IMG/VR virus record: IMGVR_UViG_3300025071_000006
Span: 1 to 33,207 of that record
Source: a virus
DNA length: 33,207 bases
Reading direction: 5' to 3' (one strand)
Part shown: piece after piece, positions 16,683 through 26,141 of the stretch
Numbering within the stretch: the stretch's first letter is position 1
How the letters are laid out: every line of letters begins with the position of its first letter
Program-made: the position numbers and the translations under genes
Notes under the pieces: generated by a model
The model's database searches: none
What the model saw: only the letters and a program-made list of their open reading frames with translations
Told to the model about the DNA's origin: nothing

Positions 16683-18134
16683 CTACTCAATTCTACTAAC
16701 TCTCTGATTTATAGCTGCTTTCATTTTACTAAGACTAGCAACAATATCTTCGATTTCTGTATAAGTCATATGAGGTATATTAAACTCATGCTTGTTAATC
16801 TCAGCAGTAAAGCCTTCTTTAGCCTTGTTTTCTAGTTCTTCAAGCTCTCTTATAGCATAATCCTCATCCAGTTCTAAAGTGTTAAATCTCAAGTCATGCA
16901 AGATAGTTGTAGCTTCTTCTCTAGGAACAGTCATAATTGGAAGATACTCATAGCATCTACCTTTATGTTCACCAATACCTACAACTTTCATAGGATTAAT
17001 AAGTACTAGAACAGACTGATCACCACAACCTACATAATGTATTTGATCTGCAGTAAAGTGTAACCCTGCTGCCATACAGTCTTGTGTAGACCAGTTGCAA
17101 TCTTCTTTAGGCATACTAACTGGTTTACCAACACGTATATCAAACGTCTTAGTCCAATCATCAGTAAATCTGTTTTCACTTCTGTTTGGTAAGTCAAGAT
17201 ATATGTCTTTAAGATTACCTATACGCTCACCATATTCAATAGGAACTTCAAAGCTGTTTTCATATGGTTCGCATTCTATGTAACAGTCTTCATAATCATC
17301 CCACTCTTCTTCAATCAACTCTGTTCTAGTTTCGTACAGACCTTTCTCATGAACAATCTTGTACTCACCGTTGTCTAGAAATACAGTATACTTCTTAGGC
17401 TTCTTACCCCATACAGCTTTTACTTTGTTGTATGTGTTAGATATAAAGTGTACAAGCTCTGGGCTACCGTGTAACGTTACTACATTACGTAGAGCTACAA
17501 AGAATCCTTGCTTAGTAATCCTAAAGCTGTTCTTCTGTAAGAACATGTATAGCTCATTAGCTACCTCAGCTCTTGGATTTAAACAACACCACATAAAGAA
17601 GTTCTTTAGAGATTGATACTCGTCATCTTTATCACAAAGCTCCTGTATCGATGTTGGTCCATTCCAAGAATTAGTCTTAATCTTATAAACTACTTCAATG
17701 AACTTCTCTACTAGTAAACTAGGCATTGTTCTATTGGTCCCTACTAAATAACAATTGTTTCCATCTGTTTTAAAATCATCAAGTTCCACAAGTGCATCAA
17801 TACCTATTTGTAAAGCCTTGGCTTTCTCAATATCTCTACGCTCTTGAAGTCGTTGATCCATAACTTCTTGGTTCATCATAAGACTTTCTAATTGTTGCTC
17901 AGTTTTAGCATTGTTTACTGCATGAAATGTATCTTCATCAGCATCTGTCTTGGTAAAAATTCTACCAGTACTTGTCACTACAGTCAATTGGTCATTAACC
18001 AATTTGATCTGCTTAATAATAACAGAAGAAGAATTGTCTTCTTCTGTCATACTGTCTAGCTTGTTAGCTATAACTCTGTCGATAGAATTCTCTACCCTTC
18101 CCTTGAACCAGTCAAGAGATAAAAATTTACTCAT
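16683..18134 (-). CDS. rIIB: rIIB-like protein
   Basis: LNP...ELYMFL...ITKQGFFVALRNV...VSMP...C...GLH...INPMKVV...KGRCYEY; adjacent to rIIA. Confidence 0.8.
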   Translation of the reverse strand: MSKFLSLDWFKGRVENSIDRVIANKLDSMTEEDNSSSVIIKQIKLVNDQLTVVTSTGRIFTKTDADEDTFHAVNNAKTEQQLESLMMNQEVMDQRLQERRDIEKAKALQIGIDALVELDDFKTDGNNCYLVGTNRTMPSLLVEKFIEVVYKIKTNSWNGPTSIQELCDKDDEYQSLKNFFMWCCLNPRAEVANELYMFLQKNSFRITKQGFFVALRNVVTLHGSPELVHFISNTYNKVKAVWGKKPKKYTVFLDNGEYKIVHEKGLYETRTELIEEEWDDYEDCYIECEPYENSFEVPIEYGERIGNLKDIYLDLPNRSENRFTDDWTKTFDIRVGKPVSMPKEDCNWSTQDCMAAGLHFTADQIHYVGCGDQSVLVLINPMKVVGIGEHKGRCYEYLPIMTVPREEATTILHDLRFNTLELDEDYAIRELEELENKAKEGFTAEINKHEFNIPHMTYTEIEDIVASLSKMKAAINQRVSRIE

Positions 18135-18152
18135 AGTTTCTGTTTTTAATTA

Positions 18153-20471
18153 TTAATTATTGATTTCTGTTTCGATTATATTATTTTCTGTCATATAGTG
18201 CTTAGAATTTACTTTACACTTGTAATACTTAAGCATGTCTATAACTATTCTTAATTGAATGTTATTGTCTTGAGTATTACTATGAACCTGTAGTCTTTGC
18301 ATCAATACCAATATCCATGGAACTTTTTCTGTTACAAACTTTTCTATTTGTAGAAACTCTGGATACATCTTCATATCATAAAGATTATACTTATCAGCAA
18401 CTTCAAACATAGCTTTGTACATAGCTTCTTCACGGCCATATCCATTATGATTTCTATAGTATTTATTTCTATAGTTAATTAAATCATTTAATTGATTTGC
18501 TAAATCAGTAGACGCATTTTTGATTATACCATCTCGATGATTAAATATTGCTTCATATTGCTTTATAAAGGTATGAACCTTGGCTGATGTTACCATACGC
18601 TTAAATGGTTTTGTTTTTCCTTTCATAAATTCTTCTCTTGATATTAAGTTATGTATCTGCAGTGCTTCAACTATCTTTAACTCTCTAGGAGACAAAGATA
18701 TTATTTTAACTCTGGTATGATCTACGTGTCTATAAATAGGATCTAATAGTATTTGATTCTCATGAGTATCATATATATAAAACAAACCACTCTTTACAAG
18801 TTTCTGTAGATCATATATCTTAGATTCAAACTTACAGTTTCTACCATCATTATACCTAAGAAGATCAATAGCTTCTTTACCAACTATCTCACCCTTAACT
18901 TTTCTACGTCCTGTTCCACCAACCTTATTAGCTTTCTTCTGAAGTTTCTTTTGATTTCTATCGTCTAGAAAAGGCTGAGGCACTGTCATAGCATCTAAGT
19001 CTATAAAATTCTTCATTACCAATTCTTCTACTGTTTTCAAATCTTCTATTCTATCAAGATGTTCTGTAGCAGGATGTGTACTAAGATTAAGCAATACTTT
19101 GTAAGATGTTATAGTTGAACCAAGTGCAACAGTTGGATCGAATCCATCAGGTCTATCTTGTATTTTCACTAAGAAACAATCTTCGCTATGGATTGATCTT
19201 AAATACTCTTTCATTATACCACCCACTTGATTCTCATAGTAATAAACTACAGGTATGTTACCATTATAACCTGCACCTACTAAATCTGCTACTGACCAAT
19301 GACTATTATAAGTATTCTGAGCGTTGTATAACTTACTGTTCTTCATACTGAACTTACATGTTACTCTTTCTAACCATTGAGCTTTAATTTTCCACAGCTC
19401 AGAGAATCCTGTAACCTTAAGTTTAGATAATGTTGGCTCTTCTACTTTAATTGAAGCATGATTTATAAGCTTTCTAATATCTAGGGTTTTTCCTAAATGT
19501 TTTACAGCTCTCTCATTATTATTAAAGTACTTATAAAGAGCTAATATGTTATCTCCTGCTTCTATCTCATCATTGTATTTTTGTACAAAATGATCTGCTA
19601 CTAGACTTATATTGTGCAAGATAATGTTCTTAGCTTCAGTTGTGTATCTTAGAGCTTCTCTGTTTGGTGTTGGAAATAATCCATCTTTTAGACTAAATCT
19701 AATACCTATAGGTATCCTAATTCTTTCTATACCAATCTTAGCAAAGTCAAGAGGATAATAAACATCGTCTAAACAAACATGCATATCATCTTGTTCACAC
19801 ATTTCTGAAAATTGATAACTATCACCTCTATGTATAGTGAAATCATTACTAATTCCTTCTACATCAAAATACACATCTTGAAAATAACATAGCTGTTCTT
19901 TAATCTTACGTTTGAAATCATGTTGATCATAGGATTTAATAGGAATAATAATCTTAACACCATCTCTTTCGGTGGTGGGTTCACTATATATCAAATCAAT
20001 AGTATTTACGTCTTCTCCTTCGTACATCATGTACTTACGTTCCATTCCATACTTTCTGGCTATAAAGTAAAAGCTAGAACAGTAAGCTAATGGGGCCTTA
20101 AATCCTAACCCCATCATACCTAACTCATTCTCACTCTCACGTTTAGTAGACTTACCGTATTTACTGATGATGTTTTCTACATCTCTGTGATTAAGACCTA
20201 TACCAAAGTCTTCAACGGTAAATTCCCAGGAACTACTCTCACCTACACGTAGAGAAACTACTATAGGGTCTGTAACTCCTGCTCTTCTGTGGCTGTCTAG
20301 TGCATTACTTGCACACTCACGAATAGCAGAACCTATCTCATCAGAATATAAATTCTTACTCAACATCTGCATTAAGATTTGAGCTGAGTCCATGTCTAAT
20401 GACATCTTAGTACTGCTTTGAGTTACTCCGGTCTGGAGAACTCTGGCTTCTGTTTGTTTTTGAACTATCAT
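18153..20471 (-). CDS. rIIA: rIIA-like protein with N-terminal GHKL ATPase
   Basis: LYSD...IRECASNALDSH, DFGIGL, STK, GMMGLGFKAPLAY. Confidence 0.85.
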   Translation of the reverse strand: MIVQKQTEARVLQTGVTQSSTKMSLDMDSAQILMQMLSKNLYSDEIGSAIRECASNALDSHRRAGVTDPIVVSLRVGESSSWEFTVEDFGIGLNHRDVENIISKYGKSTKRESENELGMMGLGFKAPLAYCSSFYFIARKYGMERKYMMYEGEDVNTIDLIYSEPTTERDGVKIIIPIKSYDQHDFKRKIKEQLCYFQDVYFDVEGISNDFTIHRGDSYQFSEMCEQDDMHVCLDDVYYPLDFAKIGIERIRIPIGIRFSLKDGLFPTPNREALRYTTEAKNIILHNISLVADHFVQKYNDEIEAGDNILALYKYFNNNERAVKHLGKTLDIRKLINHASIKVEEPTLSKLKVTGFSELWKIKAQWLERVTCKFSMKNSKLYNAQNTYNSHWSVADLVGAGYNGNIPVVYYYENQVGGIMKEYLRSIHSEDCFLVKIQDRPDGFDPTVALGSTITSYKVLLNLSTHPATEHLDRIEDLKTVEELVMKNFIDLDAMTVPQPFLDDRNQKKLQKKANKVGGTGRRKVKGEIVGKEAIDLLRYNDGRNCKFESKIYDLQKLVKSGLFYIYDTHENQILLDPIYRHVDHTRVKIISLSPRELKIVEALQIHNLISREEFMKGKTKPFKRMVTSAKVHTFIKQYEAIFNHRDGIIKNASTDLANQLNDLINYRNKYYRNHNGYGREEAMYKAMFEVADKYNLYDMKMYPEFLQIEKFVTEKVPWILVLMQRLQVHSNTQDNNIQLRIVIDMLKYYKCKVNSKHYMTENNIIETEINN

Positions 20472-20491
20472 ATTTATTTATTTATTAATTA

Positions 20492-20857
20492 TTAATCGCA
20501 GTTGAACATATCAACTTCTTGTATTCTGTAAATGTTTTTGTAATTAAAATCCATTTTTTCTACAGGATCATCTTCCTTAGGCATTCTAAACTCATACTCT
20601 TTCCAAGTGTAGCTACTGTTATTACTACTTCTGGTTCCCATGGGCACCTTACATTTTACTGAAACATACCTCTGTCTCTGTTTACCATTAGGAAGGTTAG
20701 TGTTCCAACGTTGTGTGCCGTACTGATATTTATCAGCACTTAGTCTTGGTTTTTCCATAAGTTTGAAGACCACTAGATCTGATCCTTTGTTTGTTAGTAC
20801 AACATCACCTGGGTTTAGTTTACTAAAGTCTGTAATTAAATTTTGTTTCATATCCAT
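20492..20857 (-). CDS. hypothetical protein
   Basis: 121-aa ORF with A-rich leader. Confidence 0.65.
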   Translation of the reverse strand: MDMKQNLITDFSKLNPGDVVLTNKGSDLVVFKLMEKPRLSADKYQYGTQRWNTNLPNGKQRQRYVSVKCKVPMGTRSSNNSSYTWKEYEFRMPKEDDPVEKMDFNYKNIYRIQEVDMFNCD

Positions 20858-20867
20858 AATTGTAGTT

Positions 20868-21590
20868 TTAAAATGGTGGTTCAGTATCTTTAAGCCATTC
20901 GATACTAAATCCGTTGTTTTGCATTAATAATTGATCTATTTTACTAAAGACTCCTTCTGAGTCCCAATCTATTCCCTTGTACGAAGCACTGGCTGGGTGA
21001 CTTACTACAAAAGAATGTGAAAATATACCCATATACCTCTCATACTTACCTGCATCTTTACCTAGAAAGACAACAGGAATACCAAGTGGTACTAGAACAT
21101 TCTCAAACAAATATTTAATAAAAGGTTCCCATATCTCTAAGTGAGAACCAGCCTTGTTCTTTTCTACAGTCAAAGAGGCATTTAATAAAAGCACACCTTG
21201 CTTAGCTAAATAGCTGAGGTCTGGTGTAGGGTCATAGCTCAAATTAAGTCCTTTATGAAATTCAGTTTCAAAGGCTTTATATAATTGCGTTAATGATGGC
21301 TGAAGAAAATTAGTAACTGAACAACTCATCATAAGGCCATCAGCTACTGGTAATCCATGTTTAAAAGTGTGATAAGGACACATGCCCATTAACACAAACT
21401 TAAGTTCATCCATAGGTGTAAGCATAAATGCTTTCCATACATTACTAGAAAGAGGTGCTACTTGCTTTCCTCTCTTACTTTCTTTCTTCAAGTATTCATA
21501 GATTGCTTTACATTCATCGCTCTCGACAAATGGTTTCATCTTTTCATGCCACGAAGGGTGAAAGTTTTGTTTAAATTTATCCCAATTCAT
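20868..21590 (-). CDS. ung: uracil-DNA glycosylase family 1 homolog with variant active site
   Basis: GMCPYH (canonical GQDPYH), GVLLLNASLTV, GSH...W, SHPAS; start 21590 by ATGA coupling. Confidence 0.85.
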   Translation of the reverse strand: MNWDKFKQNFHPSWHEKMKPFVESDECKAIYEYLKKESKRGKQVAPLSSNVWKAFMLTPMDELKFVLMGMCPYHTFKHGLPVADGLMMSCSVTNFLQPSLTQLYKAFETEFHKGLNLSYDPTPDLSYLAKQGVLLLNASLTVEKNKAGSHLEIWEPFIKYLFENVLVPLGIPVVFLGKDAGKYERYMGIFSHSFVVSHPASASYKGIDWDSEGVFSKIDQLLMQNNGFSIEWLKDTEPPF

Positions 21591-22459
21591 AGTTTTGATT
21601 TTATCCACTCTTTGAGTGAGGTTTTAGGTTTCCAGTTAATCCAGAAGTATGCATTATAAACATCTGATAGTGATCTTTTTATTTCCTTTCGTTTAGGAAT
21701 AAAATCAATATCATCTTTAAACATCTTAGCTATATCTATTATACTTACTTCAGTGCCAGATCCTATATTAAGTACACCGTTAAAGTTTATAGATTTCTCT
21801 ATAGCTTCTACTAAGTCTCCTACATAAATAAAGTCTCTAGTCTGTTTACCATCACCTGTTACTGTTAGTGGTTCGTTATTATTATATTGTTTTAGAAAGA
21901 TAGGAATGGCTGATAGATATCCTCCTTCGTTTCTTTGTCCTTCACCATATACATTAAAGAATCTGAGTATTGCTACACGTTGATCTTTAAATTGTTCTGC
22001 CATATATTCCATCAGTAATTTAGATGTTGCATAGGGTGATTCTGGATAAGGTTTAGCATCTTCATCTAAAGGTAGATTAGAGTTTCTTCCATACACTGCA
22101 GCTGTAGATGCTAGAACAAAGTTCTTGCACCCACATTTTACAGCCCACTTCATCAACTCATTAGTCCCATAAGCTATCTGGTCGAAGTACTTCTCAGGAT
22201 CCATAAAGCTTTCACCTACTGAAACAGGTGCAGCTAAATGTATCATTGTTTCGAACTGTATTCCAGTATAGTCTTTGCAAGGAAGAGGTGTATCACCTCC
22301 TACTGTACATATATGTAGACTCTCTACTTTCTTATTAAGGTTTTTTGCTTGACCGGTGCTAAAGTTATCCATCACTATCACATCGTAATTATGATTAATC
22401 AGATGGTTAACTAGGTGGGTGCCTATAAAGCCTGCCCCACCTGTAACTAACACTCTCAT
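21587..22459 (-). CDS. NAD-dependent NDP-sugar epimerase/dehydratase (GalE-like)
   Basis: TGGAGFIG, ASTAAVYG, YATSK, LRFFNVYG, GDGKQTRDFIYV. Confidence 0.92.
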   Translation of the reverse strand: MRVLVTGGAGFIGTHLVNHLINHNYDVIVMDNFSTGQAKNLNKKVESLHICTVGGDTPLPCKDYTGIQFETMIHLAAPVSVGESFMDPEKYFDQIAYGTNELMKWAVKCGCKNFVLASTAAVYGRNSNLPLDEDAKPYPESPYATSKLLMEYMAEQFKDQRVAILRFFNVYGEGQRNEGGYLSAIPIFLKQYNNNEPLTVTGDGKQTRDFIYVGDLVEAIEKSINFNGVLNIGSGTEVSIIDIAKMFKDDIDFIPKRKEIKRSLSDVYNAYFWINWKPKTSLKEWIKSKL

Positions 22460-22677
22460 CAGTTTATACAGAGCACATCACCGTCTCCTGTAGCTTTAGA
22501 CTCAATAACTATGTAGTTGTTGTCAAGTCCTTGACTTAACATTATAGAGGGTGTGAAGTTTACTTTTTGAAAAGTATTACCTTCATCATCTACAGAGTAA
22601 ACAACTTCCATATCTTCTATTTCTGGGTTCCTTTTTAACATCTCTACGAGAGTGTTAACATATTGTTTAACTTTCAT
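22459..22677 (-). CDS. hypothetical protein
   Basis: DDEGNTF motif; operon packing. Confidence 0.6.
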   Translation of the reverse strand: MKVKQYVNTLVEMLKRNPEIEDMEVVYSVDDEGNTFQKVNFTPSIMLSQGLDNNYIVIESKATGDGDVLCIN

Positions 22678-22679
22678 AA

Positions 22680-23465
22680 TTAAAACATTTCTAATTGGTT
22701 CATCATACTTTCTTTGAATACTTTATCAACTTCTATGTTATGTTGTGAACTTACTTCAGCCATAAAGAACTCATGTAATGCTATGTGATCCTTCATCCAT
22801 ATTCTAGGATGTATTTCTTTCATAGCAAAAGTAGAATGATTGTAAAGCTCCCATAAAGAATCAGGACAACCATAATCATGTGTAGGATCTAGAAGCTCTT
22901 TACGTATAACGTTCATCTGACTAGATTGTATAAGGTTGTCATTAAAGAACATGCGTCCTAAGATCTCTGCTCTTCTTTCTTTAGAAACCTCATGAGCTTT
23001 GAGACCTTCACGGTCATTTTGCATAGTTTTAAATGAATCACCTGATTGTTTAATGTATTCAGTTATAGCTGCTGGTGCAAATGTTTGTACATCACCTACA
23101 TGTTTAGTCTTAAAGTGACCATTATCACCAGACACCATACCATTCTCACACACTATAACTTGAGCACCTATTGCAAACTTCAGAGTTGTAGTCTTATCAT
23201 AACTATTTTGCCACGCTATCTGCAGTCTCATCTCACTGTCTTGTACACTTGATATACCATACTTACCTGTAGCTACTTGGCCTTCTCTTCCTGATATATA
23301 TGATTGGCTTGCTATTTCAAAACCTGATTGATATATACTTTCAAGAGTTAAATCAATTAGCTCTTGATGACTAACTGGTTTGTATGTTCTTGTTTCTTTT
23401 GGTACTTCTGCTGTCAGTATTTGATCTTTAGCTGACTTCCATGTTTTTACTGTTTCTGTAATCAT
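22680..23465 (-). CDS. DUF932-like phage protein
   Basis: YKPVSH, NSYD, VCENGM and SLWELYN motifs. Confidence 0.7.
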   Translation of the reverse strand: MITETVKTWKSAKDQILTAEVPKETRTYKPVSHQELIDLTLESIYQSGFEIASQSYISGREGQVATGKYGISSVQDSEMRLQIAWQNSYDKTTTLKFAIGAQVIVCENGMVSGDNGHFKTKHVGDVQTFAPAAITEYIKQSGDSFKTMQNDREGLKAHEVSKERRAEILGRMFFNDNLIQSSQMNVIRKELLDPTHDYGCPDSLWELYNHSTFAMKEIHPRIWMKDHIALHEFFMAEVSSQHNIEVDKVFKESMMNQLEMF

Positions 23466-24469
23466 CTTATTAGTTTTTTATTTATTAATATATTTTCTAT
23501 TGTTTTTAGTCCGTAATGTTTAGCAAGATCTGCCCAGTCATTTATTCCTTCTCCTAGGTATTTCCTTGGTACATTACAATATTCAAAATCAAACTTCTTT
23601 GTAATTGTTTTTGAATTCTCTACGCCTGTTTTATCTGAATCAAAAGACAGAACTTGTATTTCTGAATTAGATTTGATATAATCTACGTTATCATCATTGA
23701 AGCAACCTATCCCCTCGTTCTGCACTGCACAACATGTAGGGAAGACTTTCTTCATTACCATATAATCTTTCTTACTCTTAGTTATAAATGCTGTGTGACA
23801 ATCTTTAATGTCTTCCAGTCCATCCATAGCTGTAATAGGAACATTATTGGGTACCCATTTATATTTCTTATCTGCTAATGGTTTATAGATCTTCCAATGT
23901 CCATCATATAGATAGCCAAATGTTAGTACTTTAGGATCTACTACCCACCTCTTTTTATTAAGAAATAGTTCTTTAATTGAATAGATATTATTTGCTTTAA
24001 GATCTTCCTCATCTTGATAGTAATTATTCCAATAGGCCAACTCTTCATGTGTAAAAGGTTTAGTCTTTACTTGTATAAAAGAATATGATTTAACTACCTT
24101 CTCTGGTTGTTTATAATCAGCTACTATCTTTTTATAATCTTTAACTGCTCTAGTTGATATACCTAGACCAAAGTCAGCATCTATTTTCTTTAGAACATCA
24201 TCATAATTACTACACATATATAGCATCTTAATGAACGCAAAACAGTCACCTTTCTTACTAGTGTCACCAAAATCATAGAATGTTAATCCATGATGAGCTT
24301 GACTGATTATAAAAGATGGTGTCTTCTCCTCTCTAAATGGAGAGTGAGTTTTAACATTTAGGTTCCAATTATTATCAGGCATGTAATATCTAAATATGTC
24401 ATATTCTGAGATCTTATCTAGAATAGACTCTTTGTTTAGTTTTGTTTTCTTTGTTCCTGTTATTGCCAT
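23462..24469 (-). CDS. DNA primase (crAss-like; degenerate Zn domain plus TOPRIM)
   Basis: SPFREEKTPSF, YDFG...GDCF, FDSDKTG, NDWADL. Confidence 0.8.
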   Translation of the reverse strand: MAITGTKKTKLNKESILDKISEYDIFRYYMPDNNWNLNVKTHSPFREEKTPSFIISQAHHGLTFYDFGDTSKKGDCFAFIKMLYMCSNYDDVLKKIDADFGLGISTRAVKDYKKIVADYKQPEKVVKSYSFIQVKTKPFTHEELAYWNNYYQDEEDLKANNIYSIKELFLNKKRWVVDPKVLTFGYLYDGHWKIYKPLADKKYKWVPNNVPITAMDGLEDIKDCHTAFITKSKKDYMVMKKVFPTCCAVQNEGIGCFNDDNVDYIKSNSEIQVLSFDSDKTGVENSKTITKKFDFEYCNVPRKYLGEGINDWADLAKHYGLKTIENILINKKLIR

Positions 24470-24479
24470 ATTTATTGGT

Positions 24480-24510
24480 TAAAAAAAGCCCCACATTTCT
24501 GTAGAGCTTT
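24480..24510 (-). terminator. intrinsic terminator
   Basis: AAAGCTCTAC-AGAAAT-GTGGGGC followed by a T-run. Confidence 0.75.
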
Positions 24511-24531
24511 CATTATTAATTTATATAATTA

Positions 24532-25410
24532 CTAATAGTCAGCACCGTCATCAGATATGTAATCATCTGAAGCTACTAAGTTATCGTCTGGGTTATAATC
24601 TTCCATTTCTTTAAGCTGGTAGTAATCTTTACATCCATACTCACCAGAAACTTTAACTACAAATCTTTCATGTGGTCTTAGATCTCTAGGCTTACGTTCT
24701 TTAAGAGAGTTAACTACCTTATTATCTGTATAGTCTACTAATCTAAACTGACGCATAGTATATCCAGACAAGAATGCTTTGTTATAGATTCCTTGATATT
24801 CTTTTGTCTCACCGTCACGTTCTTTAGTAACTACTGTAGCTAGTGCAACAATTGTATTACACCATTCACCATCTACTTGGTCCTTAAGGTCTTTTACATT
24901 ACCACGCATAAGTTTTGTCCAGTCTAGTGTTAGTGTAGTCTCTGCACTTCTATAATCTAATTGGCCTAACCATGTACGCATAAAGTCATACAAATCTTCT
25001 TCACCAATGAATGCTACTCTAACCTCACGGTTCTCTTTGAACCAATCAAATAGATTGTTTTCATCATCAGCCCAAGATGTCATACCTACACTATTTAGAT
25101 ATTGTTTCTTAGTTTGGTCTCTATTCTCACGCTCTCTATCTTCTAGAAAGAATGATACTTTAAAGTTTGCCTCTGTTTTTACTTGTTGTAACCATACATC
25201 CACACGTAGATAAGTGTTACCATCTCTGGTCTCACCTAAATAGTTTGTTGCTTTACTCTCTTCACTAAGCTCTATACCAAGTACATCTTTGTACTCTTCG
25301 TTAGTAGGATTGATAGCTATAACATTAGCTTCAAACAACCCAACCTTCTTACTGAATTTAGTTTCTTGTCCTCCTAGGGATTCTCTTTTTACTCCACCAA
25401 TTGTGCTCAT
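24532..25410 (-). CDS. putative ssDNA-binding protein
   Basis: Beta-rich, acidic-aromatic C-tail (DDYISDDGADY), next to the Sak4-like ATPase. Confidence 0.5.
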   Translation of the reverse strand: MSTIGGVKRESLGGQETKFSKKVGLFEANVIAINPTNEEYKDVLGIELSEESKATNYLGETRDGNTYLRVDVWLQQVKTEANFKVSFFLEDRERENRDQTKKQYLNSVGMTSWADDENNLFDWFKENREVRVAFIGEEDLYDFMRTWLGQLDYRSAETTLTLDWTKLMRGNVKDLKDQVDGEWCNTIVALATVVTKERDGETKEYQGIYNKAFLSGYTMRQFRLVDYTDNKVVNSLKERKPRDLRPHERFVVKVSGEYGCKDYYQLKEMEDYNPDDNLVASDDYISDDGADY

Positions 25411-25425
25411 ATTTATTTATTTAAT

Positions 25426-26094
25426 TTAGTTATAATATTCAATTACTTGTTCTTTCACTAACTTTAAGTCATTAGGTATCTTTGTTGTTGCAAACATTCC
25501 ATCAGGACTCTTAGCTGGTCTCTTTCTATATCGATTAGTTAAGAAGCTATATTCCACACCGTCTTTTGTCTCTTCTACATTAGTATACAAACATACAGTT
25601 AATAGTCCTTCTAACAATACTTGGTTGTCAATAAGTTTACCAGCTGTTTTAATTTTGTATCCTATTATCTCACCTGCGTCTTCAATAGTCTCAGGATGAG
25701 AGAAGTAAAAGATAACTAAGTCATCACGTAAGTCTCTAGCTTTTCTAAACATGTCTACCATGTCTTTAGCCATCACACTAAACTTTGTGAATCCTGTTTC
25801 AGTAGCTTTCTCTACCATTCTAAATCCCATTAGATAATTACTATCTTCAATAACAATAGTTTTTATGTGTGGGGCTTTTTCAGAAATAACCTTTAAGAGT
25901 CTAGTGACCTCAACCGGATCATCTATCTCTTTGTAGTTTTTCTTCTCTGCATTGTAAAGTTTCTGAGAACCTTTGAAGGGTAACTCTTTCTTTGCAACGT
26001 TAATAATGTAAGTTTCTTCAGGGTTAAGGTGCTTCACTGCTGTTGACTTACCTGTCCCTGTTTCGCCAACAATTCCAATTAATTTTGAACTCAT
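25426..26094 (-). CDS. AAA_24/Sak4-like ATPase
   Basis: Walker A GETGTGKS, IVIEDS, AKSPDGMF. Confidence 0.75.
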   Translation of the reverse strand: MSSKLIGIVGETGTGKSTAVKHLNPEETYIINVAKKELPFKGSQKLYNAEKKNYKEIDDPVEVTRLLKVISEKAPHIKTIVIEDSNYLMGFRMVEKATETGFTKFSVMAKDMVDMFRKARDLRDDLVIFYFSHPETIEDAGEIIGYKIKTAGKLIDNQVLLEGLLTVCLYTNVEETKDGVEYSFLTNRYRKRPAKSPDGMFATTKIPNDLKLVKEQVIEYYN

Positions 26095-26127
26095 TTTTTA
26101 TTTATTTATTTATTAATATTAGGTCTA

Positions 26128-26135
26128 CAAATATA
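26128..26135 (-). promoter_or_regulatory. -7 promoter element TATATTTG
   Basis: Intergenic, upstream of 26094; no clear -33 element. Confidence 0.4.
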
Positions 26136-26141
26136 CTAAAT

